From contig CAVQGX010000033.1 in assembly GCA_963712115.1 (NCBI GenBank), forward strand, positions 1-64,000: a stretch of DNA of 64,000 bases, written 5' to 3'. The stretch is from an uncultured delta proteobacterium (GTDB taxonomy: Bacteria; Desulfobacterota; Syntrophobacteria; BM002). Shown here piece after piece: positions 9,944 through 19,841 of this stretch. Under the pieces are notes generated by a model. It was not told where the DNA came from. It made no database searches and saw nothing but the letters and a program-made list of their open reading frames with translations. The translations under genes and the position numbers were made by a program. How positions within the stretch are numbered: position 1 is the first letter of the stretch; each line of letters starts with the position of its first letter.

Positions 9944-10615
9944 ATGAAGAGAATACAGGTCCTGGCAACGCTAGTATGTTTACTCCTCCTAAGTGGCTGT
10001 TATGTAAGCACCAGTGTCAAGCTTCAGAATCGACAACTCCCTGCCGACTTTTCAGCCCCGGTGCTGGTTGTCACTGTCCAGGAAAAGACCGGTCTGGATA
10101 AGAACCATTTGGCTCTGCTGGAAGAGAACGCTCTGCAGGCTCTTACCGATAAGGGCATTAACTCTGTCACTTTGTACGAGGCAGTGGGGGAGGATGATCC
10201 GGACAATGCGACAAAATTGCTTTTAGTTAAAGACTACGGGGCTCTTTTAACAATAGTAATTGACTTCTGGGGATCCAAGACTGAAGTCCTACAAGACCCT
10301 ATTTTAACTTCTGTGGGCAGCTCTGACACTGGCCCTGAACCAGGCTCCACCTTCCGCCCACCAAGTTCCATTGATTACGATGAATCAGTTCCAGGTCCGG
10401 AGAGTAGCTATAAAAAGGTAGCCATGGTAGGGTATTTGACCGACCTGCAAAGCAGTCGGCTAGTTTGGTCCGCTCGAGTGAATGCCAGGCCCGCCGTGGT
10501 AGGTCGATCCTGCTTATATCATCGTTTCAACCGCAGCCTAGAATATGACGAACTGGCCAACCGTTGCTTGAAAAAGATCGCGGGGGAACTCGGCCGCGTA
10601 TGGCCCAAGGAGTGA
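9944..10615 (+). CDS. hypothetical lipoprotein
   Basis: MKRIQVLATLVCLLLLSGC signal peptide with lipobox. Confidence 0.75.
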   Translation: MKRIQVLATLVCLLLLSGCYVSTSVKLQNRQLPADFSAPVLVVTVQEKTGLDKNHLALLEENALQALTDKGINSVTLYEAVGEDDPDNATKLLLVKDYGALLTIVIDFWGSKTEVLQDPILTSVGSSDTGPEPGSTFRPPSSIDYDESVPGPESSYKKVAMVGYLTDLQSSRLVWSARVNARPAVVGRSCLYHRFNRSLEYDELANRCLKKIAGELGRVWPKE

Positions 10616-10673
10616 GGGGAAAAGGAATTGAGGAATTCCCTGGTGCATCAATTCCTGATTTGACCAATCCCCC

Positions 10674-10908
10674 AACCCGGATATTTCATGAATTGCTGTC
10701 GCGAGGCCGCGAGGATGGTCGTGCCACCTGGCAACCGTCCCGCGGTACCGCGGGATTGGTTCCGAGGCGTACCTGAATGGTACGTCGCAGGGGCCGACAC
10801 CCGAGGACGCCAGGCTTCCGGCTCGGAGAGCCTACAGCTCGGAGAGAAGGACGGCCATATCCGTGGTCGCAGTCACGCCAGGGCGTGAATTCATGGAATA
10901 TCCGGGTT
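10674..10908 (+). mobile_element. MITE/REPIN-like element, family A
   Basis: TIRs AACCCGGATATTTCATGAATT / AATTCATGGAATATCCGGGTT. Core GAGGCGTAC..GTACGTCGCAGGG is shared with copies at 21041, 30510 and 48201. Confidence 0.75.
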
Positions 10909-11866
10909 AATCCTTTCCATAAAAAGACCTGTACCAGCTGATGAAACTGGCTATTCCTTCCTCGATTCTTGTAGTCGGTTGAAACCCTAGATCTCGCTCG
11001 CTCTCACTTATATCCGCATAGGTCTCAACCACATCTCCGGGCTGTATGGGAAGCATTTTCTTCTCAGCTTTCTTACCTAATTCCTTCTCTATACACTCGA
11101 TGAAATAGAGAAGATCAACCGCCCTGGAATTGCCCAGGTTGTAGATGGCATAAGGTACTGGTCGATCCATACTGGCCAGTACCCCCAGGACGATATCGTC
11201 AATATAAGTGAAATCTCTTCTCATCTTGCCGAAGTTGTATACTTCAATAGGCTGATTTTTTGTAATGGCCTTAGTAAATATGAACAGAGCCATATCCGGT
11301 CGCCCCCAGGGCCCATAGACTGTAAAGAACCTAAGGCCTGAACACGGCAGACCGTGGAGATGGCTATAAGTGTGGGCTACAAGTTCATTTGCCTTTTTGG
11401 TGGCAGCATAGAGTGATATTGGATTGTCCACCCTGTCTTGGACGCTGAAAGGTACCTTTTTGTTGTTACCATAGACGGAAGAAGAAGAGGCGTAGACGAA
11501 ATTCTCCACTTGGTGCTCTTGCGACAGGTGGATAATATTTAGAAAGCCCTCCAGATTTGAGCTCTGATAGGCAAAGGGATTCACCAGAGAGTAGCGAACA
11601 CCTGCCTGTGCGGCCATATTACATACCACCTGAATCCTATTTTTCCCAAAAATCTGGGTGAGAGCTTCCCTGTTGGCGAGATCTTCTTTGTAAAAGGTGA
11701 AGTGCTCATTGTCTTGCAGCAGGCGCAATCGTGCTTCTTTTAAAGAGACATCGTAGTAGTCATTTAGGTTATCTAGACCTAGAACACGGTCTCCCCGTTC
11801 CAGCAGGGCACGGCTTACGTGAAAGCCGATGAAACCTGCGGCACCAGTGACTAAGTAGGTTTTCAA
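10907..11866 (-). CDS. NAD-dependent epimerase, UDP-glucuronate 4-epimerase-like
   Basis: TGAAGFIG, AQAGVRYS, YAATK, FFTVYGPWGRPDMA and RDFTYIDD motifs. Confidence 0.93.
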   Translation of the reverse strand: MKTYLVTGAAGFIGFHVSRALLERGDRVLGLDNLNDYYDVSLKEARLRLLQDNEHFTFYKEDLANREALTQIFGKNRIQVVCNMAAQAGVRYSLVNPFAYQSSNLEGFLNIIHLSQEHQVENFVYASSSSVYGNNKKVPFSVQDRVDNPISLYAATKKANELVAHTYSHLHGLPCSGLRFFTVYGPWGRPDMALFIFTKAITKNQPIEVYNFGKMRRDFTYIDDIVLGVLASMDRPVPYAIYNLGNSRAVDLLYFIECIEKELGKKAEKKMLPIQPGDVVETYADISESERDLGFQPTTRIEEGIASFISWYRSFYGKD

Positions 11867-11969
11867 CAGACTCCCTCCCAGTATTTTCCCTTCATGAAAT
11901 TATCCTTGCCACGTTTACCCTGGTGTGCTATCTAAAACATGAGGCAGGCACTAGCCTGCCATTTTTGGT

Positions 11970-12047
11970 GGTGGGTGTAGCTCAGCTGGTAAGAGCGCCG
12001 GGTTGTGGCCCCGGAGGTCGAGGGTTCGAATCCCTTCACTCACCCCA
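11970..12047 (+). tRNA. tRNA-His(GTG)
   Basis: G-1 then GTGGGTGTAGCTCAGCTGGTAAGAGCGCCGGGTTGTGGCCCCGG...GTTCGAATCCCTTCACTCACCCCA; upstream TTGCCA-17 nt-TATCTA. Confidence 0.96.
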
Positions 12048-12315
12048 TTTCCTACCGTTCTTCTTCGCACCATCCTAAATATTAATTCCTGTCTCCACTT
12101 TCCAGTACTCACCCTTATTTGTACTAAGCACTAGGCAGTAGACACTAGGCACCAAGGGCAAGAAAGCGGAATTTGGATCGCGGTACTCGGAATATTCTAA
12201 TACAGCCAATCTCTATGTCTTTGCTTCTTATGATTCCCCGTTCCTCGTTTCGATTTGTAGTGCTTAGTGCCTAGTGCCTAGTTCCTAGTGCGCTAAGCGC
12301 CGTGCGCTATGCGCT

Positions 12316-13305
12316 TTAGCGGCAGAGTGGTGACTCCCAGTAGTCATCCGGCCCCACCAGCAGTGGCTCATATTGTTCTAATGACTCTGGGACCCCTCCC
12401 TGAGCCTGGTTTGTTTTAAGGTGTTCGAAGAGCTGGGTCACCTTTGCTGTCTTACCCATGATGGCGTAAAGGTTTATTGCTCGGTCAAAACTGAGATAGG
12501 CCATTTCCCATAGCTGCTGTTCTTGGCGCAAAAGTCCAATTTCCTCCAAAACCTGGGCTATTCCACTAGTGTTCTCCGCACCCTTGTCAATTCCCAGGGC
12601 TTTAGTCAACTGCTTTTCAGCCTTGGAGAAATCACCTTGAACCCTTGCCACCAGTCCCAGCTGCATGTGGGAATTGGCTAAAGATGATTTTGAACCGGTT
12701 CTTTCGCCTATGGCTAAGGCTCTTTGTAGCAATAACTCCGCTTCCTTTAGCCGCTCCTGCTTCCTCTTTAGCATCCCCAGATGATTCAGATTTATGGCGA
12801 GAGCGCTTTTTTGCCCATTTTCCTCAGCTATAACCAGCGCTCTTTCCCATAGCTCTTCGGCATCTTCATAACGCTCAGCCTTATAAGCCAAGACTCCGAG
12901 GTTCCCCAGGGCGAGGGACTCTTCGTTTCCGCTTTGAAGCAGCTTGTTTAGCTCCAGTGCCTTTTGCAGGTGTTCGCCGGCCTCCAAATAGTGGTCCTGC
13001 GCCAGAGCAACAGCCCCTAAGTTATTATGGGCCCGAACCATCTCTGCCAAGTTATCCACTAACCGACTGACCTCCAAGGCCTGGTAAAAGCTCCGTTCCG
13101 CCTTGCTAAAGCACCCCTGGCGAAACCAGTAACTTCCTTCACTGGCCAGCCGTTTTACCTCTGCTAGACGGGGTGGCAGTTGATTTTTGCGGCCGCCGCC
13201 ACAACCCATTAGAAGTATGATGAGAAAGCCCCCAAGACCCAAAAGAAGTATCTTGATTCCCGTGAAAGAAGCTTTCCGACTGGCATCCTTAAACATCCGT
13301 CTCAA
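12316..13305 (-). CDS. tetratricopeptide-repeat lipoprotein
   Basis: LMGC lipobox and repeated NNLG/GNLG/NHLG TPR helices; overlaps the mlaD stop. Confidence 0.85.
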   Translation of the reverse strand: MRRMFKDASRKASFTGIKILLLGLGGFLIILLMGCGGGRKNQLPPRLAEVKRLASEGSYWFRQGCFSKAERSFYQALEVSRLVDNLAEMVRAHNNLGAVALAQDHYLEAGEHLQKALELNKLLQSGNEESLALGNLGVLAYKAERYEDAEELWERALVIAEENGQKSALAINLNHLGMLKRKQERLKEAELLLQRALAIGERTGSKSSLANSHMQLGLVARVQGDFSKAEKQLTKALGIDKGAENTSGIAQVLEEIGLLRQEQQLWEMAYLSFDRAINLYAIMGKTAKVTQLFEHLKTNQAQGGVPESLEQYEPLLVGPDDYWESPLCR

Positions 13306-14234
13306 TCTCCCCTAATTTCTAGGCCGTGGCTTTCCGACTCAGGAGAGGGAGGCAAATTCGGACGGATAAGGAAATTCTCTTTTACTGACTCGAGGATTTG
13401 ATTTACTTCCCGCATTCCTTCTCTCGCCTGAGTAGTTATTTCTGGAACTTCGGTCATGGCCTTTTCCATGAGAGCATTCACCCTGAGCAACCTATCCAAA
13501 AGCTCCTGAACTTTGTCCACCATCTCAGGAACCTCCCGAGTGGCCTTCTCCACATTTTTGGAGCCCTCCTCGATGTTTGCCCCTGCTCGGACAAGGTAGT
13601 CGGCCGTCTCCTGAAGGGTCGCCACAAATCTACCAATGGCATCCAGCTCATCACTGATCTGCTGGTAAAGCTCGTCACTCTTAACAAGTCGACCGAGTGA
13701 GCCCTTACCGGCGTCAACAGTTCCTGTAATCTGAGCAAGATCTTCCAGAATCTTACCGATATTTTCCAGTTTCTCTCCGATCTCATATTCTTCTAGATAC
13801 TCCATCAGCTTCTTTTTTTCTTTTGTAGGGATTTCACCTTCTGGTGGAATGGGGGGCGCATTTGTGGTGCCCGGATTTATGTTGATGTACTCGCTGCCAA
13901 TCACTGTCGGGCTTTCGACAGCGGCCACGCTGTTAGTGCGGATCCTAGAGGCATAGTCAGCCAAGACTCTTATCTTGACTCTGGCTTGGTTGTTTTCAGA
14001 CAATACCACCTCCACCACACTGCCCACATCTGTTCCCACTAGCTTCACCCTTGAACCTGAGACGAGGTTGTAACCTTCCTCGAAGGTTGTATAGAAGACA
14101 ACGTGCTTACGGAACCAATTCTTGCCACGGCCCACTACGGCAACGGTAAATAAAAAGATCAACAGGGTCAGAAGAATAAAAGCCCCGGTCATCCTTTCCA
14201 TAGTACTGTACTGGACTCTCATCCGTTTCTCCAT
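13302..14234 (-). CDS. MCE/MlaD family protein with helical tail
   Basis: N-terminal TM helix; MCE motifs GSRVKLVGTDVGSV and IGSEYININPG. Confidence 0.88.
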   Translation of the reverse strand: MEKRMRVQYSTMERMTGAFILLTLLIFLFTVAVVGRGKNWFRKHVVFYTTFEEGYNLVSGSRVKLVGTDVGSVVEVVLSENNQARVKIRVLADYASRIRTNSVAAVESPTVIGSEYININPGTTNAPPIPPEGEIPTKEKKKLMEYLEEYEIGEKLENIGKILEDLAQITGTVDAGKGSLGRLVKSDELYQQISDELDAIGRFVATLQETADYLVRAGANIEEGSKNVEKATREVPEMVDKVQELLDRLLRVNALMEKAMTEVPEITTQAREGMREVNQILESVKENFLIRPNLPPSPESESHGLEIRGD

Positions 14235-14977
14235 TCTCTGGATAGAGTGGCGCCACGCAGTCTCATGGATTCCCGGTAGATCGAGGGATCGAATTGCCCC
14301 ACCTCAAAATGTTGACATCGACCCTGGTCAAATACCATTACCCAGTCGCCCCAACGATTAACCACCTCAGGTATCATGCTAGCCACTAGAAAGGCACAGC
14401 CATCCTCGATGCTACAGGTTTTGAACACCTCCAACAGGAGACTGTAGACCCTCTCTCCCAAGTCCAAAGATGGGTGTTCCAGCAAGAAAAGCTGGGGCTT
14501 TTTAACCAGTTCCCTAGCGTAAACCGCCAAGCGCCTTTGCTCGAAGGTGAGCTCGGCTGGCCGCAAGAATCTGTATTCATAGAGCTCGAACTGTTTCAGT
14601 ACCTCTGTTATTCTATCGTAGGACTGCTCCCGAGTTAGCTCCTCGTGGTATTGAATCCCAAGGCTGATGTTGTCCAGTATGGTCATGTTACTGATCAGAG
14701 ATGTCTCCCGGTGAACGAAGCCAATACGCCTGCGCACTTGGTGCAGCCATTGTTCCTCCGACTCGCCCGGGCTGCGGCCAAACCACGAAATCGTCCCATT
14801 CGTTGGCTGAATCAGAGTAGCACAGATCTTTAGCAAAATATTGGCACACCGGTGAGGCTCAGCCAGCAACACCCCTCGCTGCCCCCTTTCCAGGCGAAAG
14901 GACACTTCAGTGAAGAGGCAATTGCCGTCCTCTTCACAATACTCAAGATTTTTAGCGTCAATAAGCGGCTCTCTCAC
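14219..14977 (-). CDS. MlaF-like ABC ATPase, degenerate
   Basis: ABC-like sequence (RRRIGFV, MTILDNI, AREL, KPQLFLLEHP) between mlaE and mlaD, with altered Walker A, signature and Walker B. Confidence 0.8.
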   Translation of the reverse strand: MREPLIDAKNLEYCEEDGNCLFTEVSFRLERGQRGVLLAEPHRCANILLKICATLIQPTNGTISWFGRSPGESEEQWLHQVRRRIGFVHRETSLISNMTILDNISLGIQYHEELTREQSYDRITEVLKQFELYEYRFLRPAELTFEQRRLAVYARELVKKPQLFLLEHPSLDLGERVYSLLLEVFKTCSIEDGCAFLVASMIPEVVNRWGDWVMVFDQGRCQHFEVGQFDPSIYRESMRLRGATLSREWRNG

Positions 14978-15102
14978 GGTCTAACTTCCCAATTCAGCAA
15001 ATTTAGGAATTTTGGAATTCAGGGATTCAACCATTTTAGACTCCCTAGATCGCTCACCTCATTAATTCCACAATTCCTAAATTCCCTTACAATGCAAACC
15101 CC

Positions 15103-15909
15103 TCATAGGTAGAACAGTGCCGAAATCAATACGTTAAAGAATATGCAGAGCATAAAACAGTCCACCATGGCTCGGGACACCTGGGGCGGAATATTGGTGA
15201 TGGCGTCGCCCGTCCTGAATCCATGAAACATGCAGACCAGAGCTATGGTTAAGCCAAACATCAGTGCTTTCACCGAGCCGACAATTATGTCTATACCATC
15301 TACCTCTCGGGCCAGATCATAGAAAAGCGCCAAGAATGGAACATCTACCAGTGCCCAGGCTGCGACGAATCCCCCAAAGATGCTCACCACGTTAAAAAAC
15401 ACGACAAGGCTAATTACGGATACAGTAACGCCCACCAGCCGAGGTATTGCCAAAAAATGGAGCGGATCGATGCCCTGCATCTCGATGCTTTCAATCTCAC
15501 CGAGAACAGTCATGTACCCCATTTCGATTGCTATGGCTGAGCCGGACCTAAGAATAACAACGACAGCAGTGAGCAGCGGCCCCACCTCGCGAATTATTAC
15601 GACAGTCAATAGGGAAGCCAAGACATTACGGCTCCCCACTCGCGTAAGCTGAGCAATTCCCTGAATTACGACCAGCCCACCCACCAGCAAGGCGATAAAA
15701 CAGACAAGCTCAAGGGACTGGACCCCGGTAAAATAAATTTGCTGGACAAAGGTGCGAGCCATGAGCCTCTGACCCGTATGCCGGTAACGCAAAGCGGTCT
15801 TGAGACAAACCACAAAAAAACCTAAAAGCTCTCCTAGTCGGCTCAGCTTTTGAAGAATCCATCGACCAAAGGAACCGGCCATCACCTGCAAGTAATGTCC
15901 CGCTGACAT
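15103..15909 (-). CDS. MlaE family ABC permease
   Basis: QQIYFTG, REVGPLLTA, RSGSAIAIE and GIDP...PR motifs. Confidence 0.9.
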   Translation of the reverse strand: MSAGHYLQVMAGSFGRWILQKLSRLGELLGFFVVCLKTALRYRHTGQRLMARTFVQQIYFTGVQSLELVCFIALLVGGLVVIQGIAQLTRVGSRNVLASLLTVVIIREVGPLLTAVVVILRSGSAIAIEMGYMTVLGEIESIEMQGIDPLHFLAIPRLVGVTVSVISLVVFFNVVSIFGGFVAAWALVDVPFLALFYDLAREVDGIDIIVGSVKALMFGLTIALVCMFHGFRTGDAITNIPPQVSRAMVDCFMLCIFFNVLISALFYL

Positions 15910-16100
15910 GTCTGTCCTAGAACGCGCAAAGCGCAGTCTGCATAGCGCATAGCGACTGGGGGGTAATCTATAGCACACCAGTTTGATGTGCTCTCACCAG
16001 GCAGCACTAACCACTACCCACACCTGCCAATTTCAAAACTGTTGTTGAAAATAAATGTTTTATGCACAACCCGTGCCTCGTAGTCCATAGTTGTTCTTCT

Positions 16101-16194
16101 ACCGGTTTTTGCTTGGATAACCTTCTCTTAGCCGCTGATACTATGGCCTCCCTGAGACCGGGGGGAGCACCGAGACAAAGTGCATCTCAGCCAC
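16101..16194 (-). repeat. diverged partial copy of the 35370-35640 element
   Basis: Reverse complement ggctgagatgcactttgtctcgg...caagcaaaaaccgg aligns with ggctcagatgcactttgactcgg...caagcaaatcccgg at 35543-35632. Confidence 0.7.
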
Positions 16195-16200
16195 TGACAA

Positions 16201-16719
16201 CTACCTCAGAGCCCGGATGATCTCACGACAAAAAGCGGGCAGGTCGTCGGGTTTCCTGGAGGTGATCAAAGTACCATCTACAACCACCTCCGCATCCTCA
16301 TATTCAGCCCCGGCATGAACCAGGTCATCACGGATGGCGAAAAATCCGGTTACTTTCTTACCATTGACTATGTCTGCCGAGGTCAACATCCAGCCGGCAT
16401 GACAGATAGCGGCAACCACTTTTCCTTGCTCAAAGCCGTCTCGAACAAGTTTGACTGTGGCCTCATACCTCCGCATGAGGTCGGGGGCATATCCGCCAGG
16501 GATGATTATTCCATCATAGTCGCTGACATCAACATCTCTGGCAGCCGCATCCGAGGTGACCGGATATCCGGTCTTGCTCTTGTAAGTTACCCCAGCCTCG
16601 GTGCCAACAGTTGTGACCTCAGCGCCCTCCTCTCTCATCCTCAGCAAAGGATACCACACTTCAAGTTCCTGATAGAGATCCTCCACCAGAACGATTATCT
16701 TCTTCCCCTGAAGCTTCAT
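16201..16719 (-). CDS. PfpI/DJ-1 family protein
   Basis: IPGGYAPD, AICHAG and ITSRKPDDLPAF motifs; SD GGAGGAG before the ATG at 16719. Confidence 0.92.
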   Translation of the reverse strand: MKLQGKKIIVLVEDLYQELEVWYPLLRMREEGAEVTTVGTEAGVTYKSKTGYPVTSDAAARDVDVSDYDGIIIPGGYAPDLMRRYEATVKLVRDGFEQGKVVAAICHAGWMLTSADIVNGKKVTGFFAIRDDLVHAGAEYEDAEVVVDGTLITSRKPDDLPAFCREIIRALR

Positions 16720-17238
16720 AAAACTCCTCCTTATTGGTCCGAATATTTCACGCATCCCATTTTCTTTAATAAGACGCAACTTTAGCTTTCGCAAGCAAGT
16801 AGAAAGAAACCTAACAAAAGGGGTTATCTCAGTCAAGCAGGACGTAATATGGTAAGCAGTGAGCGGTAAGCGTTAAGCAGTAAAGAATGGCAGTATGCGA
16901 GAAAGGCTAGACGGTGTAAGTGCAAAGCACTCCGGCGAGACGGGCGAGACGGGATGTCGAGCGAGACGGGGATTAGAGATCAGAGGTCAGAAGTCAGACG
17001 ACAGAAGACAGATAAATATAGTTCAAAGTCCCATATTTAAGGTTCAAAGTTTTCTGGCCAATCTTCTGCCGAATTCCTTGACTCGAAACTTTAAACTTTA
17101 ATCTTTGAATTGATCGCCATGCCCTATGCTTTTTCAAATCCGCAAATCCGAAATCCGAAATTACAAAAGTGCTTAGTGCTTACTGCATAGTGCCTAGTGC
17201 GCATCGCCCCAGGCGCTTTGCCCTATTGGCAAAAATCC

Positions 17239-17267
17239 TTGACAATTAACAACCGATTTCCTATAAG
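17239..17267 (+). promoter_or_regulatory. sigma70 promoter of the tRNA-Arg/tRNA-Lys operon
   Basis: TTGACA-17 nt-TATAAG. Confidence 0.7.
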
Positions 17268-17287
17268 CAAACCTGTCCTTATCTTGT

Positions 17288-17365
17288 GCGCCCGTAGCTC
17301 AGCCTGGATAGAGCGTCGGACTTCGAATCCGCAGGTCAGAGGTTCGAATCCTCTCGGGCGCGCCA
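17288..17365 (+). tRNA. tRNA-Arg(TCG)
   Basis: GCGCCCGTAGCTCAGCCTGGATAGAGCGTCGGACTTCGAATCCGCAGGTCAGAGGTTCGAATCCTCTCGGGCGCGCCA. Confidence 0.95.
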
Positions 17366-17396
17366 TTTTTTTGTGCACCTGACTATCACCTTTAGC

Positions 17397-17473
<77 letters not shown>

Positions 17474-17489
17474 GCAAATCTTTACAACC

Positions 17490-17528
17490 AGGGGATTTAG
17501 GGACGATTCCTAAATCCCCTGCTTTTTT
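17490..17528 (+). terminator. intrinsic terminator
   Basis: AGGGGATTTAGG-loop-CCTAAATCCCCT followed by a T-tract. Confidence 0.8.
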
Positions 17529-17548
17529 GGTGGGTATACAATAAAAAG

Positions 17549-18046
17549 CTATGGCACCACAAATTGCATAACTGAGCCTTGTGCTCCCCCTCCCTCTGCT
17601 GAAGATCCAGGACCATCGTTTTGATTTGCTTCATTTGTCTGAGAACGAGCCTTGTTCTGAGAGGTGGAAGAGAGCACGAACTCGCGGGGCATGTCTTTTT
17701 GGTTCTTCAGAAGTTGGCGAGGTATCTTGACTTTCAGGCCGCTAAACATGTTGTTCGGCTCTACCCAGGGATTAACCTCTGCCAGAGCCTTCCAATTTCT
17801 CCAATCACCGGTGTACCATTTTGCGATCAGCGAGAGCGTTTCTCCTTCCCATCGAACCTGGTGGAAAAACGGTAAATTTTCATTTGAGTTCGTTGTTACC
17901 ATAACCGCCGTCACTTTCTTGGTCTCCCTTGATTGGTCAGCCTTCTGCGGACTTTTCTTCACCATGGTGCAGCCGCTGCACGCCCAAAAAAGGGCTACCA
18001 ACACCAGCCACCACCTGGCTTGCACCTCTAATCTATAGCATCTCAT
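17549..18046 (-). CDS. LysM-domain lipoprotein
   Basis: CSGC lipobox; LysM pattern HQVRWEGETLSLIAKWYTG...LAEVNP...KVKIP. Confidence 0.8.
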   Translation of the reverse strand: MRCYRLEVQARWWLVLVALFWACSGCTMVKKSPQKADQSRETKKVTAVMVTTNSNENLPFFHQVRWEGETLSLIAKWYTGDWRNWKALAEVNPWVEPNNMFSGLKVKIPRQLLKNQKDMPREFVLSSTSQNKARSQTNEANQNDGPGSSAEGGGAQGSVMQFVVP

Positions 18047-18309
18047 TGGATTCCTCCCCCTGGCTTTTCGGACAAGCCTAATTATGATCTTGCCGCCCCC
18101 CCACTATTTGGCTTGGCTGTTTTGGACTAGGTGCACAATTGTGCATCCGCCAAAGATAGATAAAAACCCATCTGCCATAAAAATCGAGTCCCCAACTGCG
18201 ACGCCGGCCCAGGCGCAGGCCACAATCGTTTCTTAATTCCGTTTTCGCCGCAGAAAACTAGGGTTTATACCAAGCTTATACAGTAGGCTTTGGTTTCCTC
18301 TTGTTAGTG

Positions 18310-18325
18310 TGCAGATTCTGTGCCA
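18310..18325 (-). promoter_or_regulatory. putative sigma54 (-24/-12) promoter
   Basis: TGGCAC-AGAAT-CTGCA on the minus strand, about 265 nt upstream of the LysM gene. Confidence 0.5.
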
Positions 18326-18472
18326 TCCCATGGCGCCTTTAATGTCATCTGGAGGTCAGAAGTCAGACGACAGCAGGCAGCTTTTCGACTTCGCTCGGGA
18401 CAGGATTGCAGCTGACAGCCCCGCGACGAGCTCGGGACAGGCGGGCAGCCGTGCCAACGAGGCACTAGGAAC

Positions 18473-18600
18473 TAAGCACTAGGCACCGCTGCTTCGCTCT
18501 GATCGAGCTTCACGTCATTTTGGCTTCGCCGTCATTAGGTCATTACGCTTCGCTGTCATTCGTTGTAATAGGTAGGAGCCTTCAAATCGCAAGTGAGTCT
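18473..18600 (-). repeat. family B repeat, copy 2
   Basis: Reverse complement matches 3293-3420 at 126 of 128 nt. Confidence 0.9.
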
Positions 18601-18842
18601 GGCGACTTGAACGGTTTTAACGCTTTTAACGAATTAACTAATCGACAAAACGCTATGCGCTATGCGACCCGACTTGGCCCGTCCAAGATCCCTCTGTGCG
18701 GAAAAGGACCAGGTTTCCTGGATTCGAATGACTTGACAGCTAGTAAACTTCCGTGACAGATTTAGCCCGGATGTTTCATGAATCGCTTGCTGCGATCTAA
18801 TTATGGAATTCTTTGTATCCAGTATGTGAGGAGTAGCACTAT

Positions 18843-19586
18843 ATGGGATGGCTGGGAAAGATCGTTGGAGGAACATTGGGATTTGCTCTGGGGGGTCCCC
18901 TCGGGGCAATTGCCGGAGCTGCTTTAGGTCACAGTTTCGATGCAACCGACAATCAATACTCCAGGGCCCGACTTTCATACCATGAAGAGACTCAAATGAC
19001 TTTCTTCGTTGCCACCTTTTCAATGCTGGCAAAAGTCGCCCACGCGGACGGTCGCATTTCACCGGAGGAAATACAAGCCGTTGAAGATTTTATGGCCAAT
19101 GAGCTAAATCTTACTCCTGAGAGCAAGAGATTTGCCGTGGAGATCTTTGAGACAGCGATCAATTCTCCCATGGCATTCCAGGATTTTGCCGGCCAATTCT
19201 ACCATCAGTTCCACAACCAGCCTCGACTCTTGGACCTGATGATAGATGTATTACTTAGGCTTTCTGTAGCCGACGGCGCCCTGAGTGATAGTGAAGAGAA
19301 ACTTATCAGTTCTGCTGCCAGGACATTCCGTTTCAGTGAGCAAAAATACAATGAACTAAAGGCCAGGTATGCCCCAGACTTTGAGAAGTATTACGCCATT
19401 TTGGGCATCCATAGTAGGGCATCCGATGACGAGATAAAGCGGCAGTACAGAAAGCTGGTAAAAGAATATCATCCCGACAAAATAGCTTCCAAAGGGTTGC
19501 CGGAAGAGTTCAACAAGTTCGCCAATGACAAATTCCGTGAGATCCAGGATGCATATGATGCGGTTAAACAGGAACGGGGTCTCTAG
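18843..19586 (+). CDS. djlA: co-chaperone DjlA (TerB-like domain plus J domain)
   Basis: MGWLGKIVGG TM, AKVAHADG, and a C-terminal J domain with YHPDK. Confidence 0.92.
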   Translation: MGWLGKIVGGTLGFALGGPLGAIAGAALGHSFDATDNQYSRARLSYHEETQMTFFVATFSMLAKVAHADGRISPEEIQAVEDFMANELNLTPESKRFAVEIFETAINSPMAFQDFAGQFYHQFHNQPRLLDLMIDVLLRLSVADGALSDSEEKLISSAARTFRFSEQKYNELKARYAPDFEKYYAILGIHSRASDDEIKRQYRKLVKEYHPDKIASKGLPEEFNKFANDKFREIQDAYDAVKQERGL

Positions 19587-19841
19587 AGTGTCATTAGGCC
19601 TTACGGCCGTCATTAGGTCATTTGGGCTTACGCCCGTCATTAGGTCGTTAAGACGCCATACTTGCAGAGAACTGTAAATGGCAGGAAAGAGTGATGATTT
19701 TGTGATAATAAATGACGCCGAAGGCATAGTGACAGCGGAGCGTAGTGACGGCCACCTTTAGTGGCCAAGTGACTATGAATGACAGTATAGAGTAATGACT
19801 CCGGAACTATGACTCAACGCCCTATGCTCTATGCTCTCTGC

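Noticed and set aside
18090-18230. Possible decayed lipoprotein fragment (IFGGCTIV) upstream of the LysM gene
   Set aside because: The similarity is too short to support.
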